The notes beneath the pieces were generated by a model. That model ran no database searches and was not told the DNA's origin. It saw only the letters and a program-made list of their open reading frames with translations. 64,000 bases of DNA from a virus. The stretch is from positions 704 through 64,703 of IMG/VR virus record IMGVR_UViG_3300017978_000368; one strand, 5' to 3'. The position numbers and the translations under genes were made by a program. Positions 8,601 to 16,724 of the stretch are shown here, piece by piece. Position 1 is the first letter of the stretch. Each line of letters begins with the position of its first letter.

Positions 8601-10053
8601 GCCCTCATACGCAAACTCACCGCCAAGTGTTTACACTTACGGCGCAGTGATGAGCTGGAGAACCGCCAACCACTCGTTCCAGCTTTACGCCTCTCACACA
8701 GGCGACATCACGTATAAAACGCAGTGGAATAACGACAACTACTCTGGTTGGTTGTACCCAATGGTTTACGGGCGTACCAACGGTGCGGGCGGCGCTGTGT
8801 ACGGAACAATTTTTTACGATCAAAGTGATACAGCGTACTACGTTGACCCGAACAGCGCTTCTGTTTTGTACTACACGAGCATGCAACGGGCAAGTTCAGG
8901 TTCTGACGCAAACGGACTTCCTGTTTTGAAAATCGCTGGATTCTCAAACTACGATTCTCTTGAGTTGGGCATTCAGTCAAACTACCAAGCCCAAGTCAGA
9001 ACTTACGGCAACGACATTCACTACTACTCAGGTCACTGGAGAACCATAGGAAACGTAGCATCCGAAAACCATCAGCACTACTGGTACACAAGTCAAGCAG
9101 GCAGTGCTAATTGGAGCACTTGGAAGATGCAGTTGGATCAGAGTGCAGCCTTGTCTGTTACAGGGTCAATACGCGCCCCCATCTTCTACGACAGCAACGA
9201 CACTGGGTATTACCTTGACCCAAACAGCACAAGCGACTCCGCCTTGCGGATTCGTGGTGGCGCTCTGCACGGCCCTAACCCAACATGGGGGATGTATTTG
9301 CTTGTCGGGGGTGATGGAAGACAGGGTTACATAGACAGCACAACTGTTGCGTCTGTTTGTACAACGGACGGCAACTTGCACATAGATGCTGCTAGCGGAA
9401 AAGGGCTATACCTTAACTACTACGACGGCAACGTAATCAACCTTGGCAACGGGGCCAACGGCATAGTTTCAACCATAAACACTGACGGCAGTTTCCGCCC
9501 CCAGATTGTTTACGACTACAACAACACCGGGTATTACCTTGACCCGACAGGCGGCACTTCACTGCGCACCGTGGGGGATTGGCGTGCTGACTCCTCTGGC
9601 TGGACGGGGGAGTTTGCTGGAAAGATTCAGTACCACGCAAGCAATTGGTATTTCCAAGCAGCGGGCGTGTTTCAATTTAGAAATTCCGGCGGGTCGCAAT
9701 TATTTGTTTGCGATGCTTCCGGTAATATCACTGCTACGGGCAACGTCACCGCGTACTCAGACGTCCGCGTCAAGGAAAACATCGTAACCATCGACTCCGC
9801 TTTGGACAAGGTTTTGAACCTGCGCGGGGTCTACTACAACAAGATTGGCAATCCTGAGCGCCGTGTCGGTGTTGTGGCGCAAGAAATTGAAGCAGTGCTT
9901 CCAGAGGTGGTGCGTTCAGTGGTTACCACCGACCCATCAACGGGGCAAACAACAGAATTGTTGGCCGTAGATTACGGCAACATAACCGGCTTGTTGATCG
10001 AGGCGGTAAAACAGCTGTCTGCTAAAGTGGACGAACTTCAAAAGAGGGTTTAA
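5677..10053 (+). CDS. Long tail fibre with C-terminal intramolecular chaperone (peptidase S74-like)
   Basis: Thr/Gly/Ser-rich shaft, GGTGAT motifs, YSDVRVKENI...LRGVYY S74 signature and terminal coiled coil. Confidence 0.9.
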   Translation: MALTVKDRVKESSTTTGTADFVLGGAAAGFQTFAVIGNTNTTYYAAVDQATGDWEVGVGTYSSTGPTLTRDTVLESSNSGSKVNFAAGSKDVFCTYPAERSVYLDAAGSAVSVLDIGTLGASTANITTANITAGTLTTTPTSGNDITNKTYVDTLVASGIHFHQPVRVESPINLNATYNNGTSGVGATLTNAGTQAALEVDGITVAVNDRVLVYEQTTQTQNGIYVVTDVGSGSTNWVLTRSSDADTYVINSAAGLSEGSTVFVQQGATGAGETYTCNTSGVITFGTTNITFAQISSAQIYSAGTGLTLSGTQFSITNTGTAGTYGGAGTVPIITTNAQGQVTSVTPTAIAIAAAAVSGLAPSATTDTTNAANITSGTLPVARLNGSYTGITGVGTLAAGTWNGSTIAAAYGGTGQSSYAVGDILYAGTTTSLTKLAGVATGNALISGGVGTAPAWGKIGLQTHISGTLQIVNGGTGATDAATARANLGAGTGNGSVTSVAAGSYLTGGTITTSGTLAVDATTTNTAGKVVARDGSGNFSAGTVTANLTGNVTGNVTGNVTGSSGSTTGNAATATALSSGQSNWSGTGVLGNVVGLMAWKNYGNSHVIFDASNSTTPSGTACNNTNPQNNWAGSYPTLMGWNGANTYGVRVDSARVADSAGSTSSVSATTSTGIQSSFVTTINTTTPGLATYGIAFSGSSAADNAQGITWGWSGTSAQAGIYVQSSGAYGTKMYFGTTDSFATGSKTSMSIDHNGIIQVPRNYLQSDSSLRAPIFYDSNNTGYYVDPTAATSAVFGGSVDARTYNYAGVLLNASGTGSAGSAIGMQQVTAEGWTGLFVDYEPNAGWGLYHDNPNNYFCITAESTTGNFRSFTVPSRYSGNRTAYEKIRFDQNNGDIISGGISYAYGSMRSPIFYDYNDTGYYLDPASASNLNRLVIQPRIDNYYVGNVSSTDPVADWQSLTNTTGQFIVSQFNYTPSYANSPPSVYTYGAVMSWRTANHSFQLYASHTGDITYKTQWNNDNYSGWLYPMVYGRTNGAGGAVYGTIFYDQSDTAYYVDPNSASVLYYTSMQRASSGSDANGLPVLKIAGFSNYDSLELGIQSNYQAQVRTYGNDIHYYSGHWRTIGNVASENHQHYWYTSQAGSANWSTWKMQLDQSAALSVTGSIRAPIFYDSNDTGYYLDPNSTSDSALRIRGGALHGPNPTWGMYLLVGGDGRQGYIDSTTVASVCTTDGNLHIDAASGKGLYLNYYDGNVINLGNGANGIVSTINTDGSFRPQIVYDYNNTGYYLDPTGGTSLRTVGDWRADSSGWTGEFAGKIQYHASNWYFQAAGVFQFRNSGGSQLFVCDASGNITATGNVTAYSDVRVKENIVTIDSALDKVLNLRGVYYNKIGNPERRVGVVAQEIEAVLPEVVRSVVTTDPSTGQTTELLAVDYGNITGLLIEAVKQLSAKVDELQKRV
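7321..7362 (+). repeat. 12-bp tandem repeat encoding TGNV
   Basis: actggtaacgtc/acgggtaacgtc x3 plus a partial copy. Confidence 0.85.
7981..9546 (+). repeat. Five dispersed R-x-P-I-F-Y-D-x-N-x-T-G-Y-Y-x-D-P modules in the tail fibre
   Basis: Copies at about 7981, 8401, 8805, 9172 and 9493. Confidence 0.9.
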
Positions 10054-10056
10054 ATC

Positions 10057-10404
10057 ATGGCAATCACATACACATGGGCCGTCACCGGCATGAAGGTCAC
10101 AACCGTCGGCAGTGAAGCCGATTACGTTGTTCAGACATACTGGACCAAAACCGGCACGGACGAGAACGGCAACACCGGTACGTTCAGCGGCGCGACGCCA
10201 CTGGACCCAAACCCAGATCAGACAGACTTTGTGCCCTACGACCAACTGACACAAGAAATTGTGCTGGGCTGGATTCAGCCCGTTGTGACGGGCAGCTACG
10301 AAGAGCACGTCAACGGCGTCATTGCAAAACAGATTGCAGATAAGATCGACCCCGTGACCGAACCCGCCCTGCCATGGGCCCCACCAACCCCACCAACACC
10401 GTAA
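10057..10404 (+). CDS. Tail-fibre-associated protein (putative assembly chaperone)
   Basis: MAITYTW...FVPYDQLTQEIVLGW...LPW pattern directly after the fibre. Confidence 0.65.
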   Translation: MAITYTWAVTGMKVTTVGSEADYVVQTYWTKTGTDENGNTGTFSGATPLDPNPDQTDFVPYDQLTQEIVLGWIQPVVTGSYEEHVNGVIAKQIADKIDPVTEPALPWAPPTPPTP

Positions 10405-10413
10405 GGAGAACGC

Positions 10414-10602
10414 ATGGAACCGAAAATCAACATTGGCGAAATCACCGTGACTGAGTACAATCTCATCATGAAACAGCTGACCACTGGGCAGCTGGGCGAG
10501 TGTCTTGACCTGTTTATGAAGCTGCGCGAAATTGGCGTGAAAGCGCAGCAAGAAATGCAGGCAAATCAAGGCCCCAGAAACGTACCGCCGCCTGCTGCAT
10601 AA
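10414..10602 (+). CDS. Small hypothetical protein
   Basis: AAGGAG SD; operon packing. Confidence 0.6.
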   Translation: MEPKINIGEITVTEYNLIMKQLTTGQLGECLDLFMKLREIGVKAQQEMQANQGPRNVPPPAA

Positions 10603-10616
10603 GCTAAGGACCTGAC

Positions 10617-12158
10617 ATGAGCACGTACTCACCCGACCTTCGGATCGAACTTATCACGACCGGCGACCAAGCGGGTACGTGGGGCACCACCACCAACACA
10701 AACTTGGCGTACGTCATTGAGCAGGCGGTTGCAGGATACATTTCTGTGGCCGTGGCTTCGGCCAACCAAGCCCTGACATACATCAACGGCGGCTCCGCGA
10801 CTGCGGCGCTCAACCAGTCTGTGCATGCGGCAATCGCCCTGACCACCTCCACGGGGGCCAACTTTGCTGTGTACGCCCCTCCGGCGTCCAAGCAATACAC
10901 TATCTACAACGCCAGCAGCTACACGGCCACGTTGTACAACTCGACCGTGATTGGCAACACCACAGCGGCCGGGGCAGGGGTGGCAATCCCTGCAGGCAAA
11001 ACCGTCACCGTGTGGACCGACGGTACCAACGTGTACTTCCAGAACAACCACCTGTCTGCGTTGACGCTGGACACCGATCTGGCCATTGCCGACGGCGGCA
11101 CTGGGGCTTCGACTGCCGCCAACGCTCGCACCAACCTCGGTGTGACTGCCACTGGCCAAGACACCACATACGCCTACCGGGCCAACAACCTGTCTGATCT
11201 GGCCAGCGCTTCGTCGGCTCGAACCAATTTGGGCTTGGGCACGATTGCCACGCAAAACGCAAACGCGGTCAGCATCACTGGCGGCTCCATCACCGGGATC
11301 ACGGACTTGGCCATTGCCGACGGCGGCACTGGGGCCTCGACAGCTGCGGATGCACGAAGCAACCTCGGCGTCACCGCGACCGGTCAGGACACCACATACG
11401 CCTACCGGGCCAACAACCTGTCGGATTTGTCCAGCGCCTCAACCGCACGAAGCAACCTCGGCCTTGGTACCATGGCCACCCAGAACGCGAACAGCGTGTC
11501 CATCACGGGCGGTTCAATCACGGGCATCACAGACTTGGCAGTTGCTGATGGCGGTACTGGGGCTTCCACGGCCGCAGACGCACGAACCAATCTGGACGTC
11601 CCTTCTCGCGGCGGCTCCGGCGCATCGGGCACTTGGGCCATCGGCATTTCTGGCACGGCAGCCACAGCTACAAGCCCCGCATCGGGCGGCTCGTTCATCA
11701 CCTCAAGCAACATCGGCAGCCAGTCGGTGAGCTTTGCCACGAACGCAACGAACGCCACGAACGCGACGAACGCCACAACAGCCGCCTCTTGCTCAGGCAA
11801 CGCGGCAACGGCCACAAGTCCGCAAGCGGGCGGGACATTCATCACGAGCAATAACATAGCGTTTCAAACGGTTGCAAACGCCACCAACGCTACCAGCGCC
11901 ACCAACGCTACCAACGCTACCAACGCCTCATTCCCGGCATCGGGCGGCTCGTTCATCACTTCAAGCAACATCGGCAGCCAGTCGGTTGCTTCTGCATCGA
12001 ACGCGAACAGTGCGGCACAAGTGGCCACGACCAACTTTTTGATCTACGAGTCCGGAGGCAAGTTGCTGTTTAAGTACGGCGGAACGACAATCGCGTCCAT
12101 GGATTCTTCTGGCAATTTCAAGACGTTGGCAGACATCACTGCCTACGGTTCACCTTGA
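10617..12158 (+). CDS. Second tail fibre/spike protein
   Basis: N-terminal GDQAGTWGTTTNTNL; repeated LAIADGGTGASTAADARxNLG units. Confidence 0.85.
   Translation: MSTYSPDLRIELITTGDQAGTWGTTTNTNLAYVIEQAVAGYISVAVASANQALTYINGGSATAALNQSVHAAIALTTSTGANFAVYAPPASKQYTIYNASSYTATLYNSTVIGNTTAAGAGVAIPAGKTVTVWTDGTNVYFQNNHLSALTLDTDLAIADGGTGASTAANARTNLGVTATGQDTTYAYRANNLSDLASASSARTNLGLGTIATQNANAVSITGGSITGITDLAIADGGTGASTAADARSNLGVTATGQDTTYAYRANNLSDLSSASTARSNLGLGTMATQNANSVSITGGSITGITDLAVADGGTGASTAADARTNLDVPSRGGSGASGTWAIGISGTAATATSPASGGSFITSSNIGSQSVSFATNATNATNATNATTAASCSGNAATATSPQAGGTFITSNNIAFQTVANATNATSATNATNATNASFPASGGSFITSSNIGSQSVASASNANSAAQVATTNFLIYESGGKLLFKYGGTTIASMDSSGNFKTLADITAYGSP
11079..11600 (+). repeat. 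228-bp tandem repeat (about 2.3 copies, 76 aa)
   Basis: LAIADGG/LAVADGG codons start at 11079, 11307 and 11535. Confidence 0.9.
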
Positions 12159-12168
12159 GGAGACGAGC

Positions 12169-12735
12169 ATGGCATTAACCCCCAGTGGCACCATTTCTCT
12201 TGGTGACATCAACACAGCAACGGGCAAGTCGGCCACAGCTCCGATCAGCATGAGCGGGACGGCGGTAAGGTGTATCTCGGGCACGACCCTCCTGACGGCG
12301 GTGAGCATGAGTCAGCTTCGAAATAAAAACTGTGCGGGGGGCACGATTACGGCAGGGACACGAACCGTCTCGGGCAAGTCCGGCACGAACACATCTAACG
12401 GGTATACCAGCAACGCTTCTGTGATATACGGGTCTATCACCCCCGGTAACATCACAACTTTTTACCCCAACGCAACTTCTATCGAGACCTTGTCCAGTTC
12501 TCAAACCAACGGCACTGGCAATTTCGCAAACACTTTTAACGTCAGAGGTACCAGCAGCGCAGGTTTTGGCAACGTAGTGAACATACAGGTTGGCGACAAC
12601 AACCGCTTATCCTTGAACTTGGTTACTTTCGTGACGCCATCAGGCCCGGCGGTATACACATTATCCAGTCCGAATCCGCTTGTGGCCGCTGCAGACGTTG
12701 GCGCGACAAGAGACTGGGTCATAACACAGGTGTGA
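12169..12735 (+). CDS. Fibre-tip/fibre-associated protein
   Basis: MALTPSGTISLGDIN N-terminus typical of adhesin-like proteins beside fibres. Confidence 0.6.
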   Translation: MALTPSGTISLGDINTATGKSATAPISMSGTAVRCISGTTLLTAVSMSQLRNKNCAGGTITAGTRTVSGKSGTNTSNGYTSNASVIYGSITPGNITTFYPNATSIETLSSSQTNGTGNFANTFNVRGTSSAGFGNVVNIQVGDNNRLSLNLVTFVTPSGPAVYTLSSPNPLVAAADVGATRDWVITQV

Positions 12736-12741
12736 CGAACA

Positions 12742-13887
12742 ATGAACCGCTTTATTTTTATTGAAAATGGCGTTGTACGCACCGCCGAAACCACCGACAT
12801 TCCTGAAGCAGGGGGTGCATTGGTGCTTTGCGATCTGCTCAACGTCTTCTCTCCGGGCGACGTGTTTGACCGGGCAAAGTACGAAGCGGCGTACCCCGAC
12901 ATGTACCACCCTTTTGCGCCAGCAACTCCGCAGACGCTGATCTACTCCCCCACCGCGTTCATTGAGCGCTCACAGCTCGCGCCTGCGGGGTTGCAGCTCA
13001 GCTTGCACGCACACATACCGGCGGCGTACGTCTACACCAGCAGCGACACGCAAGAGAGCTTTGCCAACTTGCAAGCGTACGGGCGCGTTCATGGAATCGA
13101 CGTTCCGGACTTCTCTCTGTGCGACAAGAGTGTTGCGCCGCAAAAGTTCTTGGCGGCAGGGTTTCCAACTCTGGCAACCAGCGCCGTGCGCAGCAAAGCT
13201 GACATCGAGGCTTTCGCTTTTGACCGCGTCATCTTAAAACCTGCGGTGTCGTCCGACACACGTTCTTCCGGCACGCTGGCCCCCGCCCTCTACAAAATCT
13301 TCACAAAGGCACAGGCCGTTGCGGAGCTTGATGCGCTTGGCTTCTTTTCGGACGCCGTTGCACAGACAGAGCCGATCGTTGTCCAGCAAGTAGCGGACGG
13401 TGAGGGCGACAGCTTTGATGCTTTGATACTGTCGGGCTGCATCAACGGTGCGGGCGATGTGTGGCACTTTTCTCCGCTGTGTTTGGAGACAAAGTTCAAC
13501 GAGCAAGGGCGTTTTGTGCGCTCTACGTGGTCAAACGAAAACGACACAGACGAAACTGCAGAACTGCAAAGCAAGGTTTCCACACTGCTTGCGGGGAACA
13601 AAAACTGTTTCTACCACCTGCAGTTTCTAAAAGCAGGCGGTGTCTGGGTGCCGCACGATTTTCAGTTCCGCACAACCTACTACACAGAAGCGGGACTTGC
13701 GCAAACCGGCCACCTCGGCTTTAAGCAAGACATCCTCAAGTTTGTGTACGACAAGTCAACCAACAAACCGGCAATGCCGTGCGCGTTCGGGTTGAACTTT
13801 TTCAACCTCCGTGACGGTTTTTCTTTTTCCAAGTTTGTAACTGGCCAGACGCGCAGCGAAGTCTTGTCTAAAACGTCACCCCCATGA
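12742..13887 (+). CDS. ATP-grasp-fold protein (divergent)
   Basis: DKS...FLAAGFPT, VILKP, PIVVQQ and HLQFL...HDFQFR in the order expected for an ATP-grasp fold. Confidence 0.6.
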   Translation: MNRFIFIENGVVRTAETTDIPEAGGALVLCDLLNVFSPGDVFDRAKYEAAYPDMYHPFAPATPQTLIYSPTAFIERSQLAPAGLQLSLHAHIPAAYVYTSSDTQESFANLQAYGRVHGIDVPDFSLCDKSVAPQKFLAAGFPTLATSAVRSKADIEAFAFDRVILKPAVSSDTRSSGTLAPALYKIFTKAQAVAELDALGFFSDAVAQTEPIVVQQVADGEGDSFDALILSGCINGAGDVWHFSPLCLETKFNEQGRFVRSTWSNENDTDETAELQSKVSTLLAGNKNCFYHLQFLKAGGVWVPHDFQFRTTYYTEAGLAQTGHLGFKQDILKFVYDKSTNKPAMPCAFGLNFFNLRDGFSFSKFVTGQTRSEVLSKTSPP

Positions 13888-14702
13888 AAATGCAGCGAAC
13901 ACTTGCGCTCTTCTTGGCTTTCTTTTTGTCTGCTGCGCACGCGGAGCAACCCACTGTGCACTCGACAGGAGAAGCGCATGCTCGTTTGCTGGCAAAAATG
14001 TTTTTCCCTGATGCGCCCATGTTGCCCAGCCCCGGAGCAGACGGGTTGCTGACGTGGAAAAAACTTGATGGCAACAAGACGGATGTGGCGATACACGTTG
14101 CGTTGGCTGTGCACTTTCTCCCAACGCTTCACGCACAAGAAGACCCGGCCAAGAAAAACGAACTGTTGGCGACGCTGGCTTCCGCACCACAAGCGCTGGC
14201 AGTACGCCCTGACTTTCCTGCGGACTCCTTGCAAGACTTGAAGCGACTCAACCGGCCGCTGACTGTCGGATGGGTGGGCCATGCCTGCAAAGCGCTTTTG
14301 GCCGAGCCTCTTTCCAAACAGGGCGTTGCGTTCGTTTATGTTGCCTACAAGACCCCACAAGAAGCCACTGCCGCGATGCTTGGTGGCCACATTGACGCCA
14401 CTTGCCCAGCCGCCGCTGCCCTGCGACAGACTGTGCAAAACAAGACCGGGAAAATCTTGCTGGACATTACGGGGTACCACGGCTTTGTGCTGACCACATA
14501 CCTGTTTGCTGGCAGAGAAATGACGGAAGAAACCAAGAGAAGCATCGTGAAGCAAGTCACCCGTAAACTCACGGCAGAGGACCACGCCTTGGCCGAAGCC
14601 AACGGTTTTTTGCTGAGCGTTCGGACGGGTAACGATGCGGTTGCTACTTTTGAAAGAGACCGTAAAATCTGGACCCAGATTGCTCGCCAGAGCAGTCCCT
14701 AG
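13884..14702 (+). CDS. Bug/TctC-like periplasmic solute-binding protein (divergent)
   Basis: Signal-peptide-like N-terminus; VAYKTPQEATAAMLGGHIDA resembles the Bug-family VPYKG...A..DLLGG.VD segment. Confidence 0.6.
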   Translation: MKMQRTLALFLAFFLSAAHAEQPTVHSTGEAHARLLAKMFFPDAPMLPSPGADGLLTWKKLDGNKTDVAIHVALAVHFLPTLHAQEDPAKKNELLATLASAPQALAVRPDFPADSLQDLKRLNRPLTVGWVGHACKALLAEPLSKQGVAFVYVAYKTPQEATAAMLGGHIDATCPAAAALRQTVQNKTGKILLDITGYHGFVLTTYLFAGREMTEETKRSIVKQVTRKLTAEDHALAEANGFLLSVRTGNDAVATFERDRKIWTQIARQSSP

Positions 14703-14721
14703 TTTTTATTGGGGTGTTGCG

Positions 14722-15168
14722 ATGATTGCAGAAATTGCTGCTGCCAATGCTGCGTTTGCGGTCATCAAGGGCGCTCTGGCCAACGGCAAGGAGCTGCACC
14801 AGCTCGGCTCCCGGGTCTTTGACTACTTCGATAACAAGGCCAAGATTCAAGAGAAGGCCACCCAGAAGGGTGGTGGCTCAGACCTCGAAGAGTTCATGGC
14901 GCTTGAGAACCTCAAGCAGCAGGAAGAAGAACTTCGTGAGCGCATGGTCTACGCTGGTCGCCCGGGTATGTGGAATGACTGGGTGAATTTCCAAGCAGCC
15001 GCAGCCAGAAAGCGCCGAGAGGCCCAAGAAGCGGCCAAACGTGAGGCGGCACGCAGGGCGGCAAGACTGGCCCAAATGGCTGAGTACATCGCCATCGGCA
15101 TCGCCTCGTTGATCCTTGCCGCGCTCATGATCGGCGGCATCGTCATCTACATGAAGCACCTGCGATGA
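14722..15168 (+). CDS. Coiled-coil protein with C-terminal TM helix (lysis region)
   Basis: MIAEIAAANAAFAVIKG; terminal hydrophobic helix. Confidence 0.65.
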   Translation: MIAEIAAANAAFAVIKGALANGKELHQLGSRVFDYFDNKAKIQEKATQKGGGSDLEEFMALENLKQQEEELRERMVYAGRPGMWNDWVNFQAAAARKRREAQEAAKREAARRAARLAQMAEYIAIGIASLILAALMIGGIVIYMKHLR

Positions 15169-15782
15169 GTGAAGAAAAGCTAAACGCCAACTCAACACTC
15201 GACAAGGTGCTCGGGTATGTGGACTCGCCGTTCAAGCTGTTCGCCATCCTCATCATGGGCGTGGTGGCCTTTGCTGGGTACTTTCTGTGGCAGAACCAAT
15301 CATTCATGATGGACGCCTACAAGGAGTCCAAGAAGCTGCCGGAGATCAACGCAGGCCGAGCCGACGAAGCGAGCGCCATGCTGTTCAAGCAGACCGGTGC
15401 TGCGGTGGTGGCCATCTTCAAGGTCAACCCCCTGTTCAACTCCCGGGTGCTGTTCAAGGCGTACACCAAGGATGGCAGGGACAAGAGCATCGAGGACATC
15501 GACGTGGGCCTGTTCAGCCAAAACTCGTCGAACAACAACGATGTGGTCAAGCTCATGACCAACGACATTCCGTGCTCAGAGTACCGGTACGCGCAGTCTG
15601 AAGTCGGGCTGTGGTACATCGAGAAGGGCGTGACCTTCACCTGCCGGGTGAGCGTGCCGCCAGACAACCACCGGTTTGTAGGCCAGATCACAGTGGGCTG
15701 GGCACAGCCTCCAGAAAACTTGGAGCAGACCCGATTCATGCTGGAGATCGCCAGCGCCATGTTGACCAAAAGGGGAAATTGA
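15165..15782 (+). CDS. Single-TM protein with GAF-like domain; T4 holin T-like
   Basis: N-terminal TM (FKLFAILIMGVVAFAGYFLW); C-terminal CRVSVPP...FVGQITVGW; in lysis cassette. Confidence 0.5.
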   Translation: MSEEKLNANSTLDKVLGYVDSPFKLFAILIMGVVAFAGYFLWQNQSFMMDAYKESKKLPEINAGRADEASAMLFKQTGAAVVAIFKVNPLFNSRVLFKAYTKDGRDKSIEDIDVGLFSQNSSNNNDVVKLMTNDIPCSEYRYAQSEVGLWYIEKGVTFTCRVSVPPDNHRFVGQITVGWAQPPENLEQTRFMLEIASAMLTKRGN

Positions 15783-16207
15783 TGAACCTGAGTGACCTGA
15801 ACCCGCTGGCTGCCATTGGCGGCAAACTGATCGACCGATTCTTGCCCGACCCCGCAGCTGCCGCAGCCGCAAAGCAGGAGCTGGCCCAGATGCAGGAGAA
15901 CGGCGAGCTGGCCCGGATGGCCAACGAGACCAAGGTGCTGGAGATCAGCAACGCCAACACGGCTGACGCAAGGGACATGCAAAAGGCAACCAAGTCGAGA
16001 ATGCCCGCGTTCCTGTCGGTCATCACGGTGCTTGGGTTCTTCACGCTGATAATTGGTTCCGCCCTTGGCAAGTTGCAGCTAACCGGCTCTGACATCATGA
16101 TGATGCTGCTCGGTGTGTTAGCTCGTGAGACCGCGTCTGTTTACAATTTCTGGCTAGGCAGCTCTAACAGCAGCCAGCAAAAAGACATCATGAAAGGCAT
16201 GAAATGA
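15782..16207 (+). CDS. Holin (3-TM/GTA-holin-like)
   Basis: IGGKLIDRFLPDPAAAAAAKQEL; TM helices; YNFWLGSS; adjacent to endolysin. Confidence 0.7.
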   Translation: MNLSDLNPLAAIGGKLIDRFLPDPAAAAAAKQELAQMQENGELARMANETKVLEISNANTADARDMQKATKSRMPAFLSVITVLGFFTLIIGSALGKLQLTGSDIMMMLLGVLARETASVYNFWLGSSNSSQQKDIMKGMK

Positions 16208-16716
16208 AAGCCAACTTCGACGCCGCACTCAAGGCCATCCTCCACCACGAAGGTGGTTTTGTGAATCATCCATCCGACCCCGGTGGCATGACCAATCTGG
16301 GCGTCACCAAGAAGGTTTGGGAGGAGTGGGTGGGCCACGAGGTTGATGAAAAGGCCATGCGTGCGCTGACGCCCGAGCTGGTGGGCCCCATGTACAAAGC
16401 CAAGTACTGGGACAAGATCAAGGGCGACGACTTGCCCGAAGGCGTGGACTACGCCGTCTTTGATGCTGCTGTGAACTCTGGCCCCGGGCGTGCGGCCAAG
16501 TGGCTCCAATCCTGCGTGGGTGTCGAGCCTGACGGCGGTATTGGTCCCAAGACGCTGGCTGCCGTGGCCGCATTCGACCCCAAAGAGCTGGTCGAGGACT
16601 ACGCCAAGCGCCGCCTGTCCTTCTTGATGGATTTGCCTCATTGGGGTACATTTGGCAAGGGCTGGGGCCGCCGCGTGGCGGAGGTGCAATCGACAGCCTC
16701 ATCTATGACTGCGTGA
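16204..16716 (+). CDS. Endolysin, glycoside hydrolase family 108 with PG-binding domain
   Basis: EGGFVNHPSDPGGMTNLGVT catalytic motif; FDAAVNSGPGRA; FGKGWGRR. Confidence 0.93.
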   Translation: MKANFDAALKAILHHEGGFVNHPSDPGGMTNLGVTKKVWEEWVGHEVDEKAMRALTPELVGPMYKAKYWDKIKGDDLPEGVDYAVFDAAVNSGPGRAAKWLQSCVGVEPDGGIGPKTLAAVAAFDPKELVEDYAKRRLSFLMDLPHWGTFGKGWGRRVAEVQSTASSMTA

Positions 16717-16724
16717 GGTAAACC

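Noticed and set aside
5677-12158. Diversity-generating retroelement or shufflon acting on the fibres
   Set aside because: No reverse transcriptase (no YADD-type motif), no invertase, and no template/variable repeat pair differing only at adenines was seen
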